A DNA stretch of 64,000 nt. Source: Hyphomicrobiales bacterium (GTDB lineage: Bacteria > Pseudomonadota > Alphaproteobacteria > Rhizobiales > Xanthobacteraceae). Below are positions 36,094 through 43,958 of the stretch, in pieces (position 1 is the first letter of the stretch; the number at the start of each line of letters is the position of its first letter). A model generated the notes under the pieces. The model did not search any database. It was not told the DNA's origin and was given only the letters and a program-made list of their open reading frames with translations. The translations under genes were made by a program, and so were the position numbers. The stretch lies in assembly GCA_017305595.1 (NCBI GenBank), contig JAFKKL010000010.1, forward strand, positions 185 through 64,184, given 5' to 3'.

Positions 36094-37095
36094 TTGGTTT
36101 CCGCCCGACCGATTATTATCGCAGGCGCCGGCAGCATCGGCTGCTTTGTCGGCGGGATGCTGGCTGGCGGAGGCCGCGCCGTCGGCTTGTTGGCGCGGCC
36201 GCGTATCATCGCGGATATCGAGCGTCTTGGCTTGCGGACCTCCAGCTTCGAAGGCACAGATCGCTGCATTCCGGGGAGTCAGTTGCTGCTGGCAACCGAC
36301 GCTGCGGTACTTGCCGAGGCGGCCATCTTGCTGGTGACGGTGAAGAGCGCAGATACTGCCGCCATGGCCGATGAGATCGCCCGTCATGCGCCGGCCGATA
36401 CCGTTGTGGTCAGCCTTCAGAACGGTGTCGGCAATGCCGCGATCCTGCGCGAAAGCCTGCAAGGCCGGCAGGTTCTGAGTGGCATGGTGCCGTTCAACGT
36501 CATCGCGCTCGGTGAGGGCCGATATCATCGTGCTACCTCGGGCGATATCATGATCGATCGGGATCAGGCCGATACCGCCGCGCGGCTATCGGTCGACGGC
36601 CTCACGGTGCGTGCGAGCGACAACATGCCGAGCGTGCAGTGGGGCAAGCTATTGCTGAATTTGAACAATGCGCTCAATGCGCTGTCCGGCCTGCCGCTAC
36701 GCGAGCAACTGGCACAGCGGCCATGGCGGCGATTGCTCGCCGATCATATGAGCGAGGCACTACGCACGATAAAGGCCGAAGGGATATCGCCCGTCGCCTC
36801 CACCGGCGTTCCGCCCGTGTTGACGCCTCACCTGTTGCGATTGCCCGATGCGCTATTCCAGATCCTGGCGCGACGGACGATGCAGATCGATCCGATGGCG
36901 CGCTCCTCGATGTGGGAGGATCTGCAGCACGGCCGTCGCACCGAGATCAACTATCTGCAAGGTGTCATCGTCGCGCTGGCCGAGCGGCATCGGATCGATG
37001 TGCCGCTCACCCGTCGGATTATTGATCTGGTGAAAGCCGCCGAGCAGGCCGGCAAGGGTTCGCCGGGATTATCGCCCAGTCAAGTCCGGGGCTAG
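36094..37095 (+). CDS. 2-dehydropantoate 2-reductase (ketopantoate reductase, PanE/ApbA family)
   Basis: IIIAGAGSIGCFVGG Rossmann motif, GKLLLNLNNALNAL, SSMWEDLQHGRRTEINYLQG. Apparent TTG start. Confidence 0.8.
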   Translation: MVSARPIIIAGAGSIGCFVGGMLAGGGRAVGLLARPRIIADIERLGLRTSSFEGTDRCIPGSQLLLATDAAVLAEAAILLVTVKSADTAAMADEIARHAPADTVVVSLQNGVGNAAILRESLQGRQVLSGMVPFNVIALGEGRYHRATSGDIMIDRDQADTAARLSVDGLTVRASDNMPSVQWGKLLLNLNNALNALSGLPLREQLAQRPWRRLLADHMSEALRTIKAEGISPVASTGVPPVLTPHLLRLPDALFQILARRTMQIDPMARSSMWEDLQHGRRTEINYLQGVIVALAERHRIDVPLTRRIIDLVKAAEQAGKGSPGLSPSQVRG

Positions 37096-37478
37096 CGCCA
37101 GAGGCCGTAGCTGGCCCACTTCGATTCCGGGATAGGCTGGCCCAATCGATAGCTGAAGGCGGTGACCTTCATGCCGTCGGATGAGCCGGTGCAGGAAAAC
37201 GAGAACTGATACCAGCGGCCGCCGCTGCGAAACGCGCCACCGGTTCCGGTGACGGTGTTTCCGGAATGTCGCGGATGCGACACCACGTCGGTCTTGGCGC
37301 GATCTGGATGATAGGGATTGGAATCCCGCGAGATCTGTTTCATCGCGTAGAGATCACAGACCTGCTCGAGCCGCGTCTGCGGATCGAGTTTGCTCAGGCT
37401 GGCGAGAAAGCGGGCGTCGGACGCGAAGGCCGGCATTGCCGCAGCCAGCAGGATCGCGAGGGACATGATGAACTTCAT
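37092..37478 (-). CDS. Secreted DUF930-like protein
   Basis: Signal peptide MKFIMSLAILLAAAMPAFAS. LEQVCDLYAMKQI ... GGAFRSGGRWYQFSFSC ... IPESKW fits my recollection of the Rhizobiales DUF930 family. Confidence 0.55.
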   Translation of the reverse strand: MKFIMSLAILLAAAMPAFASDARFLASLSKLDPQTRLEQVCDLYAMKQISRDSNPYHPDRAKTDVVSHPRHSGNTVTGTGGAFRSGGRWYQFSFSCTGSSDGMKVTAFSYRLGQPIPESKWASYGLWR

Positions 37479-37680
37479 TGCGGGACCGTGGCAATCGGAA
37501 TGGCGCGGTGGGTGAAGGGCATCGCGGAATGAATCACGCTTCCGTCCGCTTAACCGATTAATCCCGCCGGCTCAAGGCGTCCCGGATCACGATCCAGCGT
37601 GCACGATAGGTCGCCCGACTGGCGAAATGCGGCATGGTCTGATAGAAGGCCTCATCCTTCGCCGATGTCGCGTGGGCCGT

Positions 37681-37757
37681 GGTCCCGTAGCTCAGCCGGA
37701 TAGAGCGACGGTTTCCTAAACCGTAGGTCGGAAGTTCGAGTCTTCCCGGGATCGCCA
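37681..37757 (+). tRNA. tRNA-Arg (anticodon CCT)
   Basis: GGTCCCGTAGCTCAGCCGGATAGAGCGACGGTTTCCTAAACCGTAGGTCGGAAGTTCGAGTCTTCCCGGGATCGCCA. The cloverleaf folds by hand: acceptor GGTCCCG/CGGGATC, anticodon stem ACGGT/ACCGT, loop TTCCTAA, T-arm GGAAG/CTTCC, encoded CCA. Confidence 0.95.
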
Positions 37758-37816
37758 ACCTCTGCCGCCGACGTCGTCGATGGCGCGACGCTCATCGCTA
37801 TCTATTGCGCCGAGAT

Positions 37817-38449
37817 TTACTCGGCGTCGTGTTGTCGTTCCGGCGCGGCGTCGACGAAAGCCGGGACGGTTTGCGTGGCGGCTTCGGCTTGCAGCAAGCG
37901 CGGATAGGCGGACAGGTCGACGCCGAACCGGCGCGCGTTGAATAACTGCGGGATCAGGCAGATATCGGCCAGCGATGGTTTTGCTCCGAAGCAAAATGGC
38001 CCCGCCTCGTTTGCGATCAACGTTTCGCAAGCCGCCAAACCCTCGCTGATGGCCCACGCCGCCCAGCCGGTGACCTTGTCCTCGGCGAGACCGAGTTGCC
38101 GCAGTTGCGCCAACACCTTAAGATTTTGCACCGGATGCGTATCGCAGGCGATCGCTTGCGCGAACGCCCGCACTTGCGCACGGCGGAGCGGATCGGTCGG
38201 CAGCAGCGGCGGTTGTGGGTGTGTTTCGTCGAGCCATTCGATGATTGCCAGCGACTGCGTGAGCGTGGTGCCGTCATCAAGCGACAGGGTGGGAACGAAG
38301 CCTTGCGGGTTGAGCTTGAGGTAGCTTTCCGCACGCTGCTCGCCCTTGCGCAGATGATGCGCGACGTGATCGACACTTACACCCTTGAGGTTGAGCGCGA
38401 TCCTCACTCGCCACGATGCGGTGCTGCGATAATAGCCGTGAAGCTGCAA
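37817..38449 (-). CDS. maiA: Maleylacetoacetate isomerase (zeta-class glutathione S-transferase)
   Basis: Start is probably TTG 38449 (GGAG about 7 nt upstream). LQLHGYYRSTASWRVRIALNLKG...LNPQGFVPTL...SLAIIEWLDE...ADICLIPQLFNARRF are GST-zeta hallmarks. Confidence 0.85.
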   Translation of the reverse strand: MQLHGYYRSTASWRVRIALNLKGVSVDHVAHHLRKGEQRAESYLKLNPQGFVPTLSLDDGTTLTQSLAIIEWLDETHPQPPLLPTDPLRRAQVRAFAQAIACDTHPVQNLKVLAQLRQLGLAEDKVTGWAAWAISEGLAACETLIANEAGPFCFGAKPSLADICLIPQLFNARRFGVDLSAYPRLLQAEAATQTVPAFVDAAPERQHDAE

Positions 38450-38523
38450 TGCGGAACTCCTTGCCGAACGTGCGGCGACCTGCCGCATGAGGATATGTTG
38501 AAGCGACGCCGAGCCGCGCGGCA

Positions 38524-39525
38524 CTACACCTTGATCATGCGCTTGCCGCGATTCTCGCCGGCGAGCAATCCGATCAGCGCCTGTGGTGTGTTTTCGATGC
38601 CGGCGATGACGTCCTCCTGTACTTTCAGTTTGCCGGCAGCGACCCAGGATTGCAGATCGGCGAGCGCCTGATCGCGCTGGTCCATGTAGTCCATCACGAT
38701 GAAGCCCTGCATCAGCAGACGCTTCACGACGATCAGACCCGGCACGCCACGCGGCCCGGTCGCGGACGGTATGCCGTCATATTGAGAGATGGCGCCGCAG
38801 CAGGCGATGCGGCCGTAAAGGTTCATCTGTGAGATGCATGCTTCGAGAATGTCGCCGCCGACATTGTCGAAATAAACATCAATGCCTTTTGGAGCCGCCG
38901 CCTTCAGCGCCTTGTAGGTAGCGCCGTCCTTGTAATCGACCGCGGCATCGAAGCCGAGCGTTGAGGTCAGCCAATGACATTTCTCCGCACCGCCGGCGAT
39001 GCCGACGACATGGCATCCCTTGATCTTGGCGATCTGGCCGACGATCGAGCCCACCGATCCGGCAGCCGCAGACACCACCACGGTTTCGCCCGCTTTGGGT
39101 TTGCCGACGTTCAGCAGGCCGAAGTAAGCAGTGAGGCCGGCGATGCCGTAAACGCTGAGCAGATGCGTCAGCGGTTCGATGCGCGGCATCTTGGCGAGAT
39201 GTTTCGCTGGCACCGCTGCGAAATCTTGCCAGCCGGTGTCGCCGAACACGATATCACCGGGGGCGAAACCGGGAGCCTTGGACGAAACCACTTCAGCGAT
39301 GGCGCCGCCGGCCATCACCGTGTTGGCCTCCACCGCCGAACGATAGGTCGCGCCATGCATCCAGGCCCGATTGGCGGCGTCGAGCGAGATATAGCGCACG
39401 CGCAGCAGCACCTCGCCATCCTTCGGCTCGGGAATTTTACCCTCGACCAGTTTGAAATGGGTCGGTGCCAGCTTGCCGCTCGGCTTCTCTACCAGCAGGA
39501 TTTGGCGATTGGGGCCGTTGGTCAT
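38524..39525 (-). CDS. NADP-dependent oxidoreductase (medium-chain reductase, YncB/CurA / alkenal reductase-like)
   Basis: FKLVEGKIPEPKDGEVLLRVRYISLDAANRAWM... and AAGSVGSIVGQIAKIKG (NADP-binding). Confidence 0.9.
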   Translation of the reverse strand: MTNGPNRQILLVEKPSGKLAPTHFKLVEGKIPEPKDGEVLLRVRYISLDAANRAWMHGATYRSAVEANTVMAGGAIAEVVSSKAPGFAPGDIVFGDTGWQDFAAVPAKHLAKMPRIEPLTHLLSVYGIAGLTAYFGLLNVGKPKAGETVVVSAAAGSVGSIVGQIAKIKGCHVVGIAGGAEKCHWLTSTLGFDAAVDYKDGATYKALKAAAPKGIDVYFDNVGGDILEACISQMNLYGRIACCGAISQYDGIPSATGPRGVPGLIVVKRLLMQGFIVMDYMDQRDQALADLQSWVAAGKLKVQEDVIAGIENTPQALIGLLAGENRGKRMIKV

Positions 39526-39621
39526 GAGGGGTCTCCGGATTGGCGTTGTTGCCGGAGGCTAGTCGGCACTGACGCGGGCGACAACAACAATCGTCGGGAT
39601 CGAGCGGATTGGTTTCGGCCG

Positions 39622-40950
39622 TTAAAAGAAGGCGAGGTCTTGGGCTCGCTTGCCGCTGACGCCGGTTGCATATTCGATGGCGAGAAACAGGCCACCGGCG
39701 ACAAAAATCCGGCGTCCCTGCGCGATCGCGAGCTCGGTACTCAATGTTACGGCGTCCTCGATAGTGACGGCGACATGGATTGCCGCGACCGGGTTGGCGC
39801 GCCGCGCAGCGGCGGCAATGTGCTCGGGTGGAGCGCCCTTATGATAGGCCGCCGTGCAAATGATCATATCGAACGCTGGCGCCAGCAGTGCGACGATCTC
39901 GTCGGCGCTCTTGTCGTGCGAGACGCCGGCCACCAGCAGCCAATCCTCCTTGCCGTGGGCTTGATGCAGGCCGGCGAGCGCGCGAGCGATGCCATCCGGC
40001 GTATGGCCAACATCGATTACGGTCAGCGGATCGCGGCGGATCGCTTCCAGCCGGCCCGGCCACTTGGTTTGCGATAGACCATCGCGGACGGCGCGAGTCA
40101 GCGCAGCGTCATTCAGCGGAGTCGATGCGGCTTGCGCCCAGCACGAGAACAAACTTGCGGCGATGGCGGCGTTGTTGATCTGGAATGAGCCGGACAGTCC
40201 GATGGTCAGATCGCGGAAGTGATATCCGTCAACGGTGAGGTCAAAGCGTTCGCCGCTCGATGTGGTTTGCTCGCTATGGATATCGATCTCGTCGCGAACG
40301 AACACGCTTTTGACGTCGCGGCTTCGATTGTAGGCGAGGAGATGATCGCGCAGCGGCCGGCAGTTCTCGCCATAAATGATCGTGCCGCTGGCCGCGCAGG
40401 CGTCGCTTTTGTCGGAGGCGATCAGGGCGAGCGAATTGCCGAGCAGGCTGACGTGCTCGAGATCGACCGAGGCGACGCAGGTCGTGGCGGCGCCGACCAG
40501 CCGCACTGGATCGTAGCGGCCGCCGATCCCGGCCTCGAACACCATGAAGTCGCATGCCTCCTGTTTAAAATATAGGCAAGCCAGCGCAAATTGGGCTTCG
40601 AACGCTCCGAATCGCTCGTTGCGCTGTCGCGAAAGGTTGTCGATGTTTTCCGCGATGTGAGCGATCAATTCGGTTAAACGCGCATCGTCGATCGAAACGC
40701 TATCGATCCGAAAGCGTTCGTTAAAACGATAGAGATGCGGCGAGGTGAAAAGTCCGGTCCGCAAGCCGGCGGCGCGGCCGATGCTGGCGCAGAATGCCGC
40801 GGTGCTGCCTTTGCCGTTGGAGCCGGTGACAACGACGGATCGACGTCGGAGACGCTCGCGGTCGATGGCAAGCGTATCAAGCAGCGCAGTGAGCCGCGCG
40901 AGGCAGATACCGTCGCCGTATTTGGGCAGATCAAACATGCAGCAGGCCAA
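39622..40950 (-). CDS. FolC-like Mur-ligase-family protein (folylpolyglutamate synthase paralogue; function unknown)
   Basis: VVVTGSNGKGSTAAF P-loop, TSPHLYRFNERFRI, FEAGIGGRYD, DLEHVSLLGNSLALIASDKS, GSFQINNAA, WPGRLE, VIDVGHTPDG. Start ATG 40950 or 40938. It overlaps the upstream ATP-grasp gene. Confidence 0.8.
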   Translation of the reverse strand: MACCMFDLPKYGDGICLARLTALLDTLAIDRERLRRRSVVVTGSNGKGSTAAFCASIGRAAGLRTGLFTSPHLYRFNERFRIDSVSIDDARLTELIAHIAENIDNLSRQRNERFGAFEAQFALACLYFKQEACDFMVFEAGIGGRYDPVRLVGAATTCVASVDLEHVSLLGNSLALIASDKSDACAASGTIIYGENCRPLRDHLLAYNRSRDVKSVFVRDEIDIHSEQTTSSGERFDLTVDGYHFRDLTIGLSGSFQINNAAIAASLFSCWAQAASTPLNDAALTRAVRDGLSQTKWPGRLEAIRRDPLTVIDVGHTPDGIARALAGLHQAHGKEDWLLVAGVSHDKSADEIVALLAPAFDMIICTAAYHKGAPPEHIAAAARRANPVAAIHVAVTIEDAVTLSTELAIAQGRRIFVAGGLFLAIEYATGVSGKRAQDLAFF

Positions 40951-41941
40951 TGGAGATGAAGGTATGACGCCAGATTGTCAGGATCAGGTCGTCCCGCCCG
41001 CTGTCCTCAAGAAAGCGGATCGACGGATTGGCATTGATCTCGATCACAGCCATGGCGGCGGGGTCGCCATCGACGCCGGTGAAAAGATCGACGGCAGCGG
41101 CGCGCAAGCCCAAGGCTTGAGTCGCGCGGCGCGCCAACGTCACGGCAAATTCGTGGTGATGCGGTCGTGCAAATGCCATCGCGCCGCCGGCGCTTCGGTT
41201 CATCCGTCCCGGCAATTCCCGACTTTGCCCCGCCGGGAGAATGCGGCCGGCTTCTCCGGCATCGTCGAAAGTTACGCCGCTCGGCGAGAGGCCGTGGGCT
41301 TGCAGATTGCGATCGTGCACGGCGAGCAGTTCGCGTAGCGAATGCATGCCGTCGCCTGTGAGAGTTGGCGGAAACTTGCGAACGGTGAAGACTTCGTTCC
41401 CGTCGAGCAGAAATATCCGATATTCGTCGCCGCTGACGGTCGGCTGAAGCAGGACCGAATCATAGAACTGCGCCACCTCGTCCATGTAGTTGACCAGTGT
41501 ATCCGGACCAGTCAGCGGCCGGGCGAAATCGCCGCGCGATCCATTCAGCGGCTTGGCGAAAGCATGGTGGTCGAGGCTGGCGAAATATGCCATCGCGTCG
41601 GTTCGTTCGTGGCCTGGCGGTCGATGCGCCCGATGGCGTGCATGCAGAAAGAAGTACTGACCAGACAGGGTGGATATCCCAGCGTCTTTGAGGATGCGCT
41701 GAGTGAAATATTTATCGTTCGCCAAGGTAGCTGCAGTAGCGTCGTTCTGCGGAAAGGCTGAGCAGCGACCGCCGCCGAAGCAATGGCTGGCTGTCTCCGA
41801 GGCTACCCTGAACAGCAATCCGGTATCACCGTCCAGAGACGTGAAACTCAGGCCGAGATTGGCGCAGGCGAATTCGGCATGGATGGTGTGATCGGGATAG
41901 AAGACCGGCTTGGACTGCCGAAGATCCTGAAGGGTGGGCAT
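40931..41941 (-). CDS. ATP-grasp ligase (RimK / cyanophycin-synthetase N-terminal-half-like)
   Basis: NDKYFTQRILKDAGIS, AKPLNGSRGDF, LLQPTVSGDEYRIFLLDGNEVFTVRKFPPTLTGDGMHSLRELL, AAVDLF...AVIEINANPS (Mg/ATP site). Confidence 0.7.
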   Translation of the reverse strand: MPTLQDLRQSKPVFYPDHTIHAEFACANLGLSFTSLDGDTGLLFRVASETASHCFGGGRCSAFPQNDATAATLANDKYFTQRILKDAGISTLSGQYFFLHARHRAHRPPGHERTDAMAYFASLDHHAFAKPLNGSRGDFARPLTGPDTLVNYMDEVAQFYDSVLLQPTVSGDEYRIFLLDGNEVFTVRKFPPTLTGDGMHSLRELLAVHDRNLQAHGLSPSGVTFDDAGEAGRILPAGQSRELPGRMNRSAGGAMAFARPHHHEFAVTLARRATQALGLRAAAVDLFTGVDGDPAAMAVIEINANPSIRFLEDSGRDDLILTIWRHTFISIGLLHV

Positions 41942-42232
41942 GAGTGTAACGGCGGCGTGAGGGAAAGAACGCTCCAGTGGAACGCACAGGTGAATTCTAT
42001 CTGATCGGACCCTGCCGATCCATCGTCAGCTTTGATCGTCCCGAGGTATAAGGAACCCTTGCCCAAAAATCCCCGTTGGCGGCGTGTCCGCACTCAATGG
42101 TTGCTTTTGGTTGATCCCGCACCGAAGATGGTTGACGTTCGACGCTGTGATAAGATGTCCTCAGAATGATTTTCATACAGAAGTGTTAAGATAAACGCCA
42201 CGACGCTCCGACAGTGTCATCGCGTAACTGCG

Positions 42233-43900
42233 GTGATGGTCGCGACGCCAGGAACGGCAATGCCCAAGGACATGATGGAAACCTTGATGATTCCATTTTC
42301 GCCGCGCTTCATCGTGCTGACGATATGCGCCGTGATCACTGCACTGCTTCTCGGCCTCGCGATTGTCGATCACAGGATCGTCAACCTGGTCGTCATTCCG
42401 ATTCTGATCTTCGGCGGGCTCACGCTGCTCGGCATTCACGATCTGGTGCAGAAGGATCATGCAGTTCTGCGCAATTATCCGATCTCGGCGCATTTGCGTT
42501 TTCTGCTCGAGGAAATCCGCCCGGAGATGCGGCAATACTTCTTCGAAAGCGAGAAGGACGGGATGCCGTTTAGCCGCGATACGCGGGCCGTGGTGTATCA
42601 ACGCGCCAAGATGGTGCTCGACAAGCGGCCGTTCGGGACGCAGGAGAATGTTTACTCCGACGGCTACGAGTGGATGCAGCACTCAATCGCGCCGAAGCCG
42701 CGGGTCACTGAAAAGTTTCGCATCACGATTGGCGGTCCGGAATGCACCAAGCCTTATTCTGCGTCGGTATTCAACATTTCGGCGATGAGCTTCGGCGCGC
42801 TCAGTCCCAACGCTGTTCGCGCGTTGAATGCGGGCGCGAAAAAAGGTGGATTCGCCCATGATACCGGGGAGGGCGGCGTCAGCCCGTATCATCAGGAGAA
42901 CGGCGGCGATCTGATCTGGGAGGTCGGTTCGGGCTATTTCGGTTGCCGGACGCGCGATGGCGCTTTCGATCCGGAGGCGTTTGCACGTGTCGCAAGCCTC
43001 GACCAGATCAAGATGGTGGAATTGAAGATCAGCCAGGGCGCCAAGCCGGGCCATGGTGGTGTCTTGCCGGCGGCGAAAGTTTCCGAGGAAATATCGCGGA
43101 TTCGCGGTGTGTCGATGGGCGAGGACTGCATTTCGCCTGCGGGCCACTCGGCATTTTCGACGCCACTCGAGATGATGGCATTCATCGGTGAGATGCGCCG
43201 GCTCTCAGGCGGCAAACCGGCGGGCTTCAAGCTGTGCATCGGCCATCGCTGGGAATTTCTCGCGATCTGCAAGGCGATGCTGCAAACCGGTATCTATCCG
43301 GACTTCATCGTGGTCGACGGCAACGAGGGCGGCACTGGTGCTGCGCCGCTGGAGTTCATGGATCATCTCGGGATGCCGATGCGCGAAGGCGTCAACTTCG
43401 TGCACAACGCTTTGGTGGGATTGAATATCCGCGATCGAATCAAAATCGGTGCATCCGGCAAGATCGCGACCGCTTTCGATATCGCCCGCGCGATGGCGCT
43501 GGGTGCGGACTGGTGCAATTCGGCGCGCGGCTTCATGTTCGCGCTCGGCTGCATTCAGTCGTTAAGCTGTCATACCGATCGATGTCCAACCGGCGTGACC
43601 ACGCAGGACCCCTCGCGTAATCGTGCGCTGGTGGTGCCGCACAAACTTGAGCGCGTTTACAATTATCATCACGCCACGCTTCACGCGTTGTCGGAATTGA
43701 TCGCCGCGGCCGGCCTCAGTCATCCAGATGAGATCCGGCCGGTGCACTTCTCGCATCGGCTCACAGGGACGGAGGTAATGTCGTTCGCGCGGCTTTATCC
43801 GGAATTGCGGCCGGGAGAGCTGTTGTCAGGCACGGAGAATCCGCGCTTCCGCGATGCTTGGGCAATGGCGCGGGCGGACTCGTTCGCGCCGGCGACATAA
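42233..43900 (+). CDS. FMN-binding glutamate synthase (GltB domain 2) family protein with an N-terminal membrane anchor
   Basis: TM segments FIVLTICAVITALLLGLAIV / VVIPILIFGGLTLLGI, then NYPISAHLRFLLEEIRPE, FNISAMSFGALS, GEGG, VELKISQGAKPGHGG, VVDGNEGGTGAAP. Start uncertain (42233-42287). Confidence 0.85.
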   Translation: MMVATPGTAMPKDMMETLMIPFSPRFIVLTICAVITALLLGLAIVDHRIVNLVVIPILIFGGLTLLGIHDLVQKDHAVLRNYPISAHLRFLLEEIRPEMRQYFFESEKDGMPFSRDTRAVVYQRAKMVLDKRPFGTQENVYSDGYEWMQHSIAPKPRVTEKFRITIGGPECTKPYSASVFNISAMSFGALSPNAVRALNAGAKKGGFAHDTGEGGVSPYHQENGGDLIWEVGSGYFGCRTRDGAFDPEAFARVASLDQIKMVELKISQGAKPGHGGVLPAAKVSEEISRIRGVSMGEDCISPAGHSAFSTPLEMMAFIGEMRRLSGGKPAGFKLCIGHRWEFLAICKAMLQTGIYPDFIVVDGNEGGTGAAPLEFMDHLGMPMREGVNFVHNALVGLNIRDRIKIGASGKIATAFDIARAMALGADWCNSARGFMFALGCIQSLSCHTDRCPTGVTTQDPSRNRALVVPHKLERVYNYHHATLHALSELIAAAGLSHPDEIRPVHFSHRLTGTEVMSFARLYPELRPGELLSGTENPRFRDAWAMARADSFAPAT

Positions 43901-43958
43901 TGTTTTCGAGCGAAGCGGTATCCGGTTCGCGTGAAGACAACGCGCCGAGGCAAAGTTT

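Noticed and set aside
37092-37095. 4-nt convergent overlap of the ketopantoate-reductase-like and DUF930-like genes as a regulatory feature
   Set aside because: Overlapping convergent stop codons (CTAG) are common in compact GC-rich genomes. No associated structure was seen.
37558-37758. 66-aa minus-strand ORF (and 37716..38057 -) next to the DUF930-like gene
   Set aside because: Its N-terminal 27 codons are simply the reverse complement of tRNA-Arg(CCT). The remainder has no motif or ribosome-binding site.
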